Below, piece after piece: positions 1-13,297 of a stretch of DNA of 64,000 bases (the stretch's first letter is position 1; every line of letters begins with the position of its first letter). The position numbers and the translations under genes are program-made. The stretch is taken from NCBI RefSeq assembly GCF_037042905.1, contig NC_087251.1:7318001-7382000 (forward strand), written 5' to 3'. The notes beneath the pieces were generated by a model that made no database searches, was not told where the DNA came from, and saw only the letters and a program-made list of their open reading frames with translations. The DNA comes from Lytechinus pictus. Its lineage: Eukaryota.

Positions 1-229
1 CTAAATCCTGACTTTTTTATTTTTTGTTCAGGGGGTAGCCCCCACTAAAGTCTGAAGTTTTAAGAACATCTTATTTTTTTTCTCACAAACAAGATCAGAT
101 ATCTGATAAGACAGGAGTGTGTCCAGGATTTTGCACCCGAGGGCCCGACCTGATTTTGGTGCCCCCGTATACTTTTCGAAAAATGGCGCCCCCCCCCCAT
201 GAACATGAACCATAAACACGATGTTTATC

Positions 230-1360
230 TAATAAACATTTTATGCGAGCGGGTAGCGTGAGCTGAAATTTTTTTATATTCCGACACGAAACTGGACATT
301 CTAGCTATCTTTTTTTAAACCATGAACAGGATGGATATCTATCTACACAATATTGATGCAAGCGTAAAGCGCGAGCTGAACAATTTCGATATTCTGACCT
401 AAGATTTTGGCATTTCTAGAACACTTTTGGTGATCATGAGCAAGACGGGTATCTAACTAAACATTTTATGCGAACACGTAGCGCGAGCTGAAAATTTTTG
501 ATATTCCAAACCCAAAACTGGACATTCTAAGCACATTTTGTAACCATCAACAGGATGGGTATCTACATGTATCTAAACAATCCAAATTTTTAGATATTTT
601 GACTTAAAATTTGGACATTCTAAGCACTTTTAGTAATCATGAACAAGATGGGTATACTAAAAAGCATTTTTAGGTAAGCACGAGCTGAAAATTTTTGATA
701 TTCCGACCCGAAACTTGTGATTCTAAGCACTTTTTGTGACCCTGAACAGCTAGGATGGGTATTTATCTAAACAATTCATGCGAGCGCGAAGCGCGAGCTG
801 AAAACTTTGATATTCTGACCTAAAATTTAGACATTCTAAGCACTTTTGGTAATCATGAAAAGGATGGATGTCTAACTAAACATTGAATGCGAGCGCGAAG
901 CGTGAGCTAAACATTTTTATATCCTGACTTTTGGTAATCATGAAAAGGATGGGTATGTAACTAAACATGTTATACAAGTGCGAAGCGCGAGCTAAATTTT
1001 TTTGATATTCTGACCTAAGATTTAGACATTCTAGGCACTTTTGGTAATCGTAAAAAGGATGGATATTCAACTAAACATTTTATGCGAGTGTGAGGAGCGA
1101 GATGAAAATAAGTGATTTACTGAATTGAAAGGGAACACTTAATTCAATTTTTTGTTGCTGTAATTCATGAAGAGAATACGTGTTTTTTATATTCAGTAAT
1201 TTTTGTAAGCAAGAACAGAATGCAAAGAAAACTCGATTCACGAGCAAAATGATTTGTGCATATTGACTTTAAAATGAGATATTCAAAGCTCCATGAAATC
1301 TACGTGAGCAGATTATCTTCTTGTACAGGGAATGTGAGCGCGAAGCGCGAGCAATATTTT
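230..1360. repeat. Degenerate ~110-bp tandem repeat (GCGAGCGCGAAGCGCGAGCTGAAA...GGACATTCTAAGCACTTTT unit) within an interspersed repeat
   Basis: Unit recurs at about 245, 358, 470, 780, 889 and 980. The same motif family recurs at ~7200-7620, ~55420-55950 (reverse) and ~57278-57672. Confidence 0.75.
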
Positions 1361-3469
1361 GATTTTTATGGACCCGAGTTTTTTCCCCCTATTATTCCCC
1401 TCCCCTTATTTAATTCACGTTTCTTCTTTTCTTTTTTTTTTATATTGCTCTAATGTTTTTCTTCTTCCTTTTTTTCGAGCGGGTGGGATCTAGGGAGCAA
1501 ATCCCCTGGCAGCTTCAAAATTCTGATATTTCTAAGGGTATTTTATAAGAAAGAAATATTTATCTGAAATCAACATTCTAAAATTGTCAATTTAATCTCA
1601 TTAATGTTTTTTTAAGGTATAAGACCAGGCAAAAACAATAACCATGTTTTTTTCTTTTATATATATATAAAATTGAAAAAAAAAATCACTGATGATGATG
1701 ATGATGATGGGTTCTTGTATAGCGCCTGTATCCGCCTCAGCTGGGCGCTCATGGCGCTTGCTCACAAATAAGAAATATCTCACAAATTTCAATGTCTTCA
1801 AACAGTGCTTAGGATCATCATTCGGTTCAAGTACTGTCCAAGTAAGGCTACAATTGAGTTATTCTTGCAATAATGTTGGAGTGGGGAACAGAAAAGTCTT
1901 CAGGTAAGACTCAAAAGTTGATTGGGTACAATATAAATCTAAAGTGCAATAATCAATCGTGCTCTATAATAATTTGGATAGTACTTATTTGATTATATTT
2001 TATTAATTCGCAAGTAGGCCTATCTATTCATTTCATGTATTTTCTCCTATATTCTGTGAAATTTGTAAGCAATAAACCGAATTGAATTTGAATGTGGGAA
2101 ATGAAGGGTTTTTAAGGAAAACTGAGGAAATGCGAGCTTAGCCTAGCGCAGAGAGTAAGCTTCGAAAGTTGCGCGCATTTTCAGGTGCAAATCTATTTCT
2201 TTCAATATTTTTGTGTTTCCAGTCTTTTCACTACTATTCGTTATATTTCTTATAATATTGCATTATGAAGGGTAATAAACAAATTCCCGAGTTATATAAT
2301 GGAGAGATTTGATCTAAACCTCCTTCATTTTGGTGCGAACAAATATTTTGCTTGTCAATTTTTTTTTCTTAACAAAATCGTATAAGAAACAATTTTGAAC
2401 TTTATGTACTATTTTCCACAGTAAAAATTGTAATTTTTCGCTATTCTATATAGGTTTCAAATTTTTTGGTTTCAGCTGTTCAGTAGGCCCTACACTTATT
2501 ATCGTTTATCCTTTTCCTTTCCTATTTTCTCTTTTTCTTTTTTTCTTTCCTTATTCCTTTTTTCCTTCCTTTCTTTTTTTCTTCCTTCACTTTCTTTTTT
2601 AGGGAGGGGGGGGGGGGAAATTTAGGGGGACGCGTCCCCCCGTCCCCCTCCCGCTTCCACTGCCTATGTAATCCCCCTTCCCCCTGCTCACACTGATCGT
2701 CATTCTGAATAATACGAGGAGCGTTTTATCACGCTTGCAATTTGACAAGTTGACAGACAGGTTGTTAAACAACTTTCCTTGATTTTGATTGGCTGAAATA
2801 CAACTCACAGATTCTTATAATGATAAATTTTTGATATACTTCTTCGGTTAAAGAATTAATGTCCATCATGAAATGCTCTGATCCATGACATATTTAATGA
2901 ATTTATATATTTAGAAAAAGGGGTAGGCATGTTACTAATGGGATGGTGCAGGTGCTTCAGAAATTCAATGATACGAAAATACAGTATTTTTCGTATCATT
3001 ATATTTATGAAAAGTATTGCACTATCCCATTATAATAGTATCGTGATTCGTATTCTTTGTTCCTCATTAGATTCTATCATAAGCGTGATTCCATCTTTCA
3101 GTTCATTAACATTGTGTACTGCACATTTATGCTGCTTACACGAAGGTGCCAGATGAATAACATGATGGAAAATATGTTCTAATGAAGCATCTGTTGTGAC
3201 GACTAACAATAGCCTGCTTGGGCTGGGGGGAAAAATAGCGTAATTTTAATGGGGGAAAAAAAGCTGGGAGCGAGCGAAACGACCGAACAAAAATTGACAT
3301 TTTTTATACAAAAATAAAATTTTGTGATGACGTACTATTCAGAATGTGATATCGTATTTCACCACTCTCCAGTCCCCCTCCCATTTTTTTTACTCCTAGC
3401 TGTTTGTCTTGTGAAAAAAATATGGGATGGCCCCAAGCCTCCCCCTCCAATCGGTACGCCAGTGACCTG

Positions 3470-6400
3470 GGGCGGTATTCTGAAAACGTTCTTATCTTAA
3501 TTTTGTTCTTATCTACGTCACGTTCTCAAATTGGTATTCTGAAAACGTTCTTATCTTTTTCTTATCTTTTGTTCTTATCTTTTTCTTATCTTGCTTTCCA
3601 TCGATGCTGAGCGCGTAAATTTATAATTCGCGCATATGATACAAAAGCGCGCTAAAAGATAAGAACAAAATAAAGATAAGTGGTATTCTGAAAACGTTCT
3701 TATCTTTTATCTTTCTTATCTTTTTACGATATTTATGATAATATTTAAGATAACTAGAGGGTTATCACATCTTACGATGTCCGCGTTCTTTCTTGCTAAA
3801 AATCGATGGCCACTCGTAGTAACAAGTATTCCTCCCACCCTTTCTTTCATTCACCCTTTATTTTGCCCGTCTCCTTTGTCTTTCCCTTTTTTCTTTCTTT
3901 CTTTCGTTCTGCCTTTCTTTATTTAATTTATTTATTTTATCTTTTTCTTCCTTTCTATCTGTCTGTCTTCCTTTCTTTCATTCTTCATTTATCTTTTGTT
4001 TTATTCTTTTGAATCTTTTAACTTCTTCTTTATTTTTCTTTTGCCTTATTTTATTTATTTTTTATATTTCTTCCTTTCATATTTTCCCTTTTCGATTTTT
4101 TCCCTTTTTTTCTTTATAAAGTTTTTTTTTCTTTCCCCTTTTCTCTCTTTCTTTCTTTTTTTCTTTTCTTTTCTTCCTTCACTTTATTTTTTTGTAATCT
4201 TCTTATTTCTTCATTCTTTTTCTTTCTTTCACTCACTCTTTCGTCTTTATATATTCTTTTTCTTTTATATTTATTCATTTTATTTGTTCCTTTTTTTCTT
4301 TCTTTTCTTCTTCCCTTAATTTTTTTATTTTTTCCCCTCATTTTTTTTTCTTTCTCTTATAATTTCTTTCATTTTATTTTTTGGTTCTTTCATATGAATT
4401 TGTTACCCCCTATTTTGTTCACCTAATATGAAGGTTTTATTCAGCTTGGGTCGGCTGTATTTGGCAGTTAATGATACGCGTACCGCCTTGACCGAACTGT
4501 GCGAAGTCTGTGTGGTCTGTGTGGTAGAGATAGGCCGGGCCGTAAACACTACTTCTTGGGGGTGCATAAATTGCCCTAATTAAGTTTATTAATTGTGACA
4601 AAATAGAATCACTGTAATTTGTTTATGATATTGACTGTGGTACGACATAAGGATAACGGAGCAGCTTCTGTTTATGTTAAGATATAGACATGTAAGGAAA
4701 TGTTTTCTTCTGACCAAAAAGTGAGAATAATTTTCTCTGATTCTGTACTCCTTCCCTCGATGTACTCCCGAGTTCAGGTTCAGTTGTCTTAGCGACGCGT
4801 TGTTTACTACTGCGCGCATTGTGTGTGTACGTGATTATTGCATAGAAAGGTATTCGGCGTATTGTGTGGTGTATACACCGTTCATGCTCTGCACGTATAC
4901 GTATATGCACCGGTATGCACACATTATTCATCCCTGGATTTGGCTTCTTAAAATGAGACAAGCATGATTTAACGTGAAAATTGACGGAGCTAAATGATCA
5001 ATCAATATGAATTTTATATGTATGAAAAGCTTACATGTTACATATCCCTGTCTGGGAACGAGGATTTCCAAATCTAACGCAAAACGCGCTGCTGCCAGGT
5101 TGAACATCGTATACCAAAATCCAATCGAGCACAGTGCGACCAATTAATGGATATTGTGCATGATAAGAACAAAAAAGTTAATTGCATTGTAAAGTTTAAC
5201 CTAGAAGTGACGAATTTTTTTTTCAAGAATGGACATGATTTTACATGTAATGAAAAGGAAATGTTCTCTTCTTCTTCTTATATCTAGGACGAGGATATTG
5301 TACCCCCTTTCAATTTTTGATAGGAGAGGAAAGAATATAAAGAGTTGATAGGCATACTAAAATAGACAATGCGCAGTGCGACTAATCAATAATTTATTAA
5401 CGTAGATTATGCGTGATAAATACAAAACAAGTTCATTGGATTGTAAAGTTTGACCTAAAAAACCAATTAGGTTGAACCTTATATCACAAGAAAGAGTTAC
5501 AACCTGTCTATCTGATAGTCGTTGAACTGAGAAATTTTGATACGAAAGTCAGACGCTGTAAGAGAAGATCGAGCCCAAAACCGTGCAAAAAGTGCTTCTC
5601 TCACACAAAAACACGAGAAACTGTGTATTTTCAGTCAAAAAAACACGGTTGTTTTTTTAATCAGAATATAAAATGACAGATATCATGAGATGTAGAACAA
5701 GTCTAAGATTAAGAAACCGTTTGAACCCGTGAAAAATCTCGAGCGGTTTTTGAGATATGAGTTAAAAGAGCCGAAAATTGGTCTATTTTGTCAAGTTTTT
5801 GACGCCGGAATAGGGGATTTGCCACGGTGCGCGTTAAGTGAACACAACAAATTCATATGTTTCACTCGTTCGTTTGCTCTTTCTTTGATTCTTTTTATTT
5901 CTGCTTTATGACACTAAATGTGTGCCTTATTTAGGCCTATTTTCTTCTTTCTTTCTTTCTTTATTCTATTTTATTTTTTTCTCGCTCATTCTTATTCCGC
6001 TCGTTTTTTATTTTCTCTTTCTTCTATTAATTAAAAAAATCTTTTTCTTTATTCTTTCCATTAATCTTTCTTTGTTTTCTATTTTTCATTCATTCTTCAT
6101 TTTTCCTGCCTTTTTATTTTCCCTTTATTTTTCTTTCCTTCTTTGAATTTACCTTTCTTTTTATCTTTCTTTAGTTTTTAATTTTCCTTTAATCTTTTAT
6201 CTTCTCTCACTTATCTCTTTCTTTGTCTCTCTCTTTCTTTATTTCTTTGCTTCATTTTCCTTTTTTCTCTCTTCCTTCACTTTTTTATATTTTTTTTATT
6301 CCTTCCTTTTCTTTTTTTCTTTTTTACTTTCTTACATTCGTTCTTCTAACTTTATTTGGTTCTTTAGTCCTTCATTTTATCCTTTTTAATCTTTTTATTT

Positions 6401-6848
6401 TGTCCTTTTTCGTTTTCTTATTCAAGTTTCTTTCCTCTTCCTTCTTCCTGTTTTATTCTTTATTCGTAACTGCTTTCTTTACTTCTTTTTCTTTACTTTC
6501 TTTCTTTCTTTATTTTGTGCACGTGTCTCAAAATAATAATCAGTCATTGCGTGTAAAATACATATTTCGCGCAATGCGCCAGAAACAGTGTACGCGCAGC
6601 GCCCATGATATTTTCTTGACATAAGGGACGCTTCTATTGGTTAAACTGCCAATATAAAGCGCATTTTGATTGGTAATATCTTAAAAATGGGCGTGTTGAA
6701 GATAAGAAGGAGGCAGTGCTTACAGAGATAAGAACGCGTTAAGAAGATTTTCAGAATACCGATTTAAAATGATTTTAGCGTCTTCTTATCTCATTGAGAT
6801 AAGATAAAAGATAAGAACAAAGATAAGAACGTTTTCAGAATACCACCC
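3470..6848. mobile_element. Non-autonomous PIF/Harbinger-type DNA transposon (~3.4 kb)
   Basis: TIRs GGGCGGTATTCTGAAAACGTTCTTATCT ... AGATAAGAACGTTTTCAGAATACCACCC, with a 3-bp CTG duplication at 3467-3469 and 6849-6851. Interior has two long pyrimidine-rich tracts (~3830-4390, ~5860-6515). Confidence 0.75.
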
Positions 6849-7039
6849 CTGGAATCAAGACGAGAAGTCGTGAAAAAGATGGAATATGATTATTGACTAT
6901 CATCAAAGGCTGATTCAACCCTAATTTGGTTTGGGTGCCTTTTTATTGTAATTCTTACTGTGGGGTGTGACTTCAACAGTGCGCCACTTTTGTTCTTTTA
7001 TGAAGTTAAACTGAAGTTATCGCGTTTATACAAGGAAAA

Positions 7040-7150
7040 GTTAACGGACGGACTGACAGACAGGCGGAAGAACGGACGCACGGACACCGAGCGTGATACT
7101 CATACACTCGTGATAATCATAATACGTCCCGTAGGACGGGCGTATAAAAA
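7040..7150 (+). mobile_element. Probable 3' end of a Helentron-associated non-autonomous element
   Basis: (GACG/GACA)-type microsatellite, then hairpin ATACGTCCCG-TAGGA-CGGGCGTAT and an A-run. Confidence 0.45.
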
Positions 7151-8501
7151 GGTAAATTATAAGCAAATTTTTGTAATGAAGATATACCTGTCTCACTAAA
7201 CAAACAATGCGAGCACGAAGCACGAGCTGATTTTTTTGTTTATATTGACCCAAACAGGGACATTTTGATATCTATTTTTTAGTAGTACATGAAGAGCATA
7301 CATATCTCACCATTGTCATCTAATGCGAATGCCTGCTGATTTTGTTAGAATTACACTTCCTGTATTCATTGTAATAATGGACATTATCTATCTCCCACTA
7401 ATTAAATATTGTGAGCGCGAAGCGTGAGCTGGAAATTTTTGAAATTCAGACCTGAAGAGGAGCATTCTAAGGCTTGTTTGTAAGAATTCACTAAGACCAT
7501 TCGTATTTCACTAACCAAAATGATGCGAGCGCAAAGGAAAAGCGACTTCTTTTAAGGACTGTTTTAGAAATTCATGAAGAGCAGACATAATTTATCTCAC
7601 CAATTCACTAAGCACGGAATGGAAATGTTTTACATTCAGACATTAAAAGAGGGTAATCACTTTAATAAGTCATGAAAAAGAAGCATATGTCACTACATAT
7701 GAAACAATGATAAGTCGAAGTGCGAGGAAATATATTTGGTGTTTTCCTATATTGAATTGAAAACGGCATGTTTCAATACAACAGGATTATATATCTCATT
7801 ATAGAGACAATGCAAGCACCAGGAATGATGAACACAAGCAAAAATTATAAACAAATTATATGTTTCATATGAAACATATATTTCTTATGTAATATTATGC
7901 ATATAGTGCATGCTTAGGAGTTTAATATACCATAATATAAGTGTCCACAGATTTCAAATTCTCGCGTGTGTTTTTATAATATAAGCGCACAAGACTGAGA
8001 AATTCGAAATTTATGTATACAAGTGATATTGTATATTGAACGTCAATTAGCATATGTGTTATATAAAGATGAGAACACTTCTGACTTGAAATTCTGAACT
8101 TACCTGCGAGCGAGCATTTCTTTGATCCAATGATAGTCACCGTCATCTGGCTATGTGCATCTTAATGAGAACATACAGGTGTTGTGATAATAGCAATTAC
8201 CATGACTACCAAGACGTCCCCGGTCTTGATGTCTGTTGGCTGATGCCCTGTTTCAGTATATGCCTTTTAATTAACATGCTTTATAGTTAGAGCAGGAAAT
8301 TCGAGAAGCAGACAATTCTTGTGATATAAAATATGATATTCGATCCGCTCACACATAAGGATCTCAGCCCCCCCCCCCCTTTTTTTTTACACGATTTATA
8401 CACGTTATGTGCAACGTATTATGATCCGGAATATTATGAAGAAACTTGGGAACATAGAATTTAAAATGGTAAACATTCCCGTAAACAATCAACCACAAAA
8501 C

Positions 8502-9255
8502 TATGGAAGCTTAAAAGTGCCATCCTTTATGTTCAAAATCATCTCGTAATGTCTACATCTTTTAGGGAAAAGGATAAGATGACGAGATCTCGGATCTCGT
8601 CATGCTACTTCCCGTGGGAGAGATGAAAAGATGACAAGATCTTGCATCTCGTCATGTCTACTTTTTTTTTAGAAGAGATGATCAGATGGCAAGATCTTGG
8701 ATCTCGTAATGTCTACATCATTAAGAAGAGATGATCAGATGGCAAGATCTTGAATCTCGTATTGTCTACATCTTTTAGAAGAGATAATCAGATGGCAAGA
8801 TCTTGGATCCGAGATCTTGCCATCTGATCCTCTCTCCCACAAGATGTAGACATGACGAGATCCAAGATCTTGCCATCTGATCATCTCTTCTAAAAGATAA
8901 TAATAATAATAACTGGATTTATAAAGCGCTTTTTGCCTGAGGATACAAAGTGCTGCTATTATTACACCGGCTTTAGCTCGAGCTACCATCACCGGCGCTC
9001 AGTGTATTCAAGAAAATAATCCTGCCGGGTACACATTCACCTCACGTGGGTCGAGTGCAGCACATTGTGGATAAATGTAGATAAATGAAGATGTAGATAA
9101 TGACGAGATCCAAGATCTTGTCATCTGATCAGCTCTTCTAAAAGATGTAGACATGACGAGATCCGAGATCTCGTCATCTTATCCTTTTCCCTCGGAGATG
9201 TAGACGTGACGAGATGATTATTTGAATACCTAGGTGGCACTTTTAAGCTTCCATA
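8502..9255. mobile_element. Palindromic MITE with internal ~53-bp tandem repeats
   Basis: TIRs TATGGAAGCTTAAAAGTGCCA ... TGGCACTTTTAAGCTTCCATA. Repeats of GAGATGATCAGATGGCAAGATCTTGGATCTCGTCATGTCTACATC invert at ~8810. Absent from the paralogous site at ~31375. Confidence 0.75.
8897..9077 (-). mobile_element. 5'-truncated SINE, same family as 21361-21645
   Basis: Reverse complement of the SINE body and (TAT)n tail, inserted inside the 8502-9255 MITE. Confidence 0.75.
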
Positions 9256-9587
9256 CAAATTACTGCCTCTATATTAAAATATGCAGACATTTCCCCAAAT
9301 AAAACACGTGGTACTAATATTTCCAATGTTAACAAGAACTGCACATCGATTTTCAATGATTTCAGTGATTTATTATTCGCGTATTTTGTGAAATATATAT
9401 CAATCGAAAACTGCTTCAGCAGGCCCTCCTCACGGTGACGATAGGAACCAAAATAGGAACTAAAATATGAAGAGAATGGTATTCAGATGACAATAACAAT
9501 TGCCTGCTAGTGAGTCTATTATAATCGATGAATGTCCATCTCTTCATAGGTCCATGGTATTAGGTAAACAGCATTATAACACGTCAG

Positions 9588-10417
9588 GGGCGGTATTCTG
9601 AGGTCATTTTATCTTTAAAATATTTTATTTTATCTCTTAAAATGAAATTGGTATTCTGAGATGACATTTTATCTCTCAGATAAAATTGAAAATTTTATCT
9701 TGCGTATAAATTTTATCTTGCGTATATATGATGATACGCAACAGAGCAGTGGCTGCGTAGACATACACATCGCGTATCTGGCCATTGCAACGCGGGTGAT
9801 GTGCTTGCGCCCAAGTTACTTTGAAGAAAAAATGAAATAAACTTAAAAGAGGGTAGGGGCTATTTTATCTCCGCGACGTTGATTTCGTCAAAATTTCTAG
9901 GTGAATTAACTCCAAATGTTGGCATGAAAATTAAGAAAAATTATATATTCATTGAGAACAACACCTTAAAGTTATTCCTGTACAAAATCAGGAATCATTT
10001 CATAAGACTTTTCTTGACTAATATTGTCTTTGAAATGAAGCTTGAAAAGATGCGATATAGACTTCGAAAAAAAGATGAGAGTATTGCCATTTTTGTTAAA
10101 AAGAAATCTCTGTAAAGACGCGCAAGCGTATAGTGCAAGCGTATTGAAGTCAATAAATTGACGCAATCTCACTCCTTCGCCACACCTCCTCGCGGAATGG
10201 ATTTCCATTGGTTGAGTGATATGAGAGAGCTATAAAAGCGCATTTCTAATTGGATATTGATTAAAAAATAGGTGTGTCTTGCAAAGATAAAATGAAGATA
10301 AAATTGTTCTCAGAATACCAATTCGGAGAGATTTTAAGGGTATTTTATCTTACTGATTTTAACGGAGATAAAATATTTTATTTTATCTGAGATAAAATGA
10401 ATCTCAGAATACCACCC
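9588..10417. mobile_element. PIF/Harbinger-type MITE
   Basis: TIRs GGGCGGTATTCTGAG ... CTCAGAATACCACCC with CAG duplication (9585-9587, 10418-10420). TIR related to the 3470-6848 element. Confidence 0.75.
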
Positions 10418-10745
10418 CAGGAATCCAGTTGACTATTAAAATGGCAGACCCATGCAGCTTTAGCTCCAACTTCAGTTGCTAAACAGGCGCTTGGTGCAGT
10501 CAAGGAATTAATCCTGTTGAGTCCACTCACATTCATATTTAGTTCCCACCCCTTTTAAAATATATATTGATTGGGCTTGTTTATTCTTTTTACTCTGATA
10601 TATACTGAGGCCTACATTTATAAAAATAATTTACAGTTTCGCTCTGATGAATGATAATGACATTGGCTAATCATGAAATTCTCCCCTGTGAAATCTGTTT
10701 AGATCAGGTGAGGTTTATCCTATTTCATGTCTAACATGAACATAT

Positions 10746-11197
10746 GGCCCGTATTCTGAAGTCGGGTTTAATTTAACCTTTTAATTTGTGGTTTAACTAT
10801 GGAAAGCCAGTTGTTACATAGTAAATCTCTAACAGAAGAGGTTCAATGTATCAGCTCATTTGACTCCAGAAGCATTATTAACTAACTGGGAAGAATAAGT
10901 ATGACAATAATTGTCTTCACCATTAACATGATTAAAGAATTAGTAAAGAGCACAGTAAACATGAGAAGCAATCGCTGTAAACAAAATTTTGAAACATGTG
11001 CCTTCCCATAATTTTAGCATAGAGTTGGACCATGGTCTAAGTTAAACCCGACTTCAGGCCCCTGTTGCCATGGTAGTTGCCATTATGGCAACAGGGCTCA
11101 GCAGCCAATAAGAATCAAGGTTACAATGGTAGTTGCCATAATGGCAAAGTTACAACAGTTGCAAGTCCTTTATGAAACGGGCCCCAGAATACGGGCC
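10746..11197. mobile_element. Harbinger-type MITE with a second MITE (11058-11184) nested in its right TIR
   Basis: Left TIR GGCCCGTATTCTGAAGTCGGGTTTAA. Right TIR is split as TTAAACCCGACTTCAG [insert ending GAAACGGGCCC] CAG AATACGGGCC, with CAG duplicated. Confidence 0.65.
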
Positions 11198-11611
11198 TTT
11201 GTCGCAAGGATTCTATTTTCCACAAAATAAGTTCCCCCCTCTCTCTCACTCTTTCAACAAAAAAATTGTATGAAGGGGGCCCATGTCTGCGCACCTAAAA
11301 ATTCAACTTGGGATTTAACATGAATTCTTCTTTATTCCACACAAAAATTGAAGTTGATAAGGTTCCTTATATCCTAATGAGTAAGGGTACCAAACAAGTT
11401 ATAAAATTATAAGAGAAATAAAAGATTTTCTTGGAAAAAAAATCTCGGCCAGTCATTTTCAGATTGAAAAAAAAAAATAGCGTCCCATGTCTGCCCACAC
11501 TTCACTTTACACACGATTTGGGGGTTTTGATGATAATGGCTGCTTTTTTGAGGCCGTGACATGAAATGTCCGAAAATCGTTATTTCCACCATTTTTAGTC
11601 AGTTTTTTTAA

Positions 11612-13297
11612 ATGAATAATAAATCATTATTAGAGGAACCGTGCCAGACAGTATAAAACTTGCAAAGATAATACCAGTATATAAAAAAATAATGAGGATA
11701 ATATTGAAAATTATAGGCCTGTGGCTTTATTATCAGTATTCAGTAAAATTCTAGAAAAGCTGATGCACAAAAGATTGTATGATTTTCTAAATAGATTTAA
11801 AATTCTTATTAATGACCAATTTGGTTTCCGTAAAGATTTTAGCACATCTCTCAATATATTAAATTTTATCGATTTTATCTTAAAAGAATTAAATAGAGGT
11901 GATTCTGGTTGTGGAGTATTTATGGATTTATCCAATTAAGGCTTTTGACACCATCGATCACCACATTCTTTGGAAAAAAAAATTATTATGGGGTTCGTGG
12001 TATGCCACTGCAGTGATTTGCCAGTTCTTTATCCAATCGTAAACAGTATCGATGGTGTTGAATCCAATCACATGAATATTGATGTCGGTATTCCACAAGG
12101 TTCAGTTTAGGGGCCGCTTTTGTTTATTTTATATGTAAATGATATTCTTTTCTCATCGAAAATGTTTAAGTTCTCATTGTTTGCAGACGACACTGCTGTT
12201 TTATGTTCTCACTCTAATTTACCTAAATTGATTTCTACAGTTAATTCTGAATTATGCAACTTAAATGACTGGTTCAAATGTAATAAACTACAACTTAATC
12301 TTGAAATTAAAAAAATGTCATCTTCCATTCCAAAAAGAAAAAAATTGTAATATTAATTATGTGAAAATTGATGGCATTGCTATTGAAAGGAAACACTGTA
12401 TTGACTTTTTAGGTGTCACTATCCACGAAAACTTGGAATGGAAAAAACACATTGATCATGTTTGTAACAACGTTTTAAAATGTATTGGAGTTCTGTACAA
12501 ACTTAAGGATTTTTTGCCCCTCAGCTTATTACTTAATATTTATTATTCTATATTATTTCCCCATCTTAACTATTGTAATATTATTTGGGGTAACACCTTT
12601 AAATCAAGTTTATCTAAATTGCTTATTTTACAAAAGAAAGCTGTTCAAGTGCGCCGCTTTTTGTTAAACACAGAGTGTTACCTTTATTTGAGTTAATTCG
12701 TTTAAAAACTTGGACTTTTATGTTTAAATTTCACAAAGGCACCCTTCCAGAAAATTTCTCACGAATGTTTCAAACAAACTCTCAAATTCATAATTACTCT
12801 ATTATAGACATCAAAACAACTTACGTATTCCTTTTTCTAAACTTAATTTTATTCGTAATTCGATCAGATATATAGGGGCGAAAGAAAGGTATTCTCTCAC
12901 TTATGAAATTAAAAACAGCTCAACACGATTTAAGTCACTATCAAAGTCATTTTTGTTCAATTATTTAAACAACTCCAATCCCCCTGTAATTGCAATTGTA
13001 TTATATCATATTTTTTTTATCTTGTCTTATCTTCTGTTCTATTCTATCTTCTGTGTTTTTGCATTGTGTGATGATGTGTGGGTGTGTGTGTGTGTTTATT
13101 TATAACCTTTTTTTTACCGGTTATGATATTTGTGTATTTGTAGGGCCCCGGCTATAAGCAGGTTTGCTTCTTAGGGGTCCTGACCATTAAGTAATTTGTA
13201 ACCTGTTATATTTTGTATTAGTTTGTTGGTATCAATGATATTTTGTAAATATTTTGATGACTTTTTAATGGACAATAAATTGAAATTGAAATTGAAT
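11612..13297 (+). mobile_element. 5'-truncated, decayed non-LTR retrotransposon (CR1/L2 group) reverse transcriptase with 3' UTR
   Basis: ORF fragments give NYRPVALLSVFSKILEK, QFGFR, FMDLS, AFDT, PQGSV*GPLLFILYVND, LFADD, FLGV and LNYCNIIWG, with frameshifts and stops. 3' UTR has (TG)n, AATAAA and a (TTGAAA)n tail. Confidence 0.9.

Larger units (their letters stand above)
8110..9557. mobile_element. Copy of a TIR element (CCATGGACCTATGAAGAGATGGAC termini), left end lost, carrying nested insertions
   Basis: 8110-8500 and 9256-9545 align colinearly with 30980-31690. Right TIR GTCCATCTCTTCATAGGTCCATGG at ~9534-9557 is the reverse complement of 30948-30971. Confidence 0.65.

Noticed and set aside
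3735..6624. Phe/Leu/Ser-rich and Lys/Arg-rich ORFs (e.g. 3996-4319, 4114-4341, 6223-6624)
   Set aside because: They are translations of low-complexity pyrimidine tracts inside a transposon, not real membrane proteins.
10640..10680. Other CTGATGA/CTGAAGA occurrences (also ~40781 and ~59890) as hammerheads
   Set aside because: No stem II closed by GAAA and no stem I pairing.
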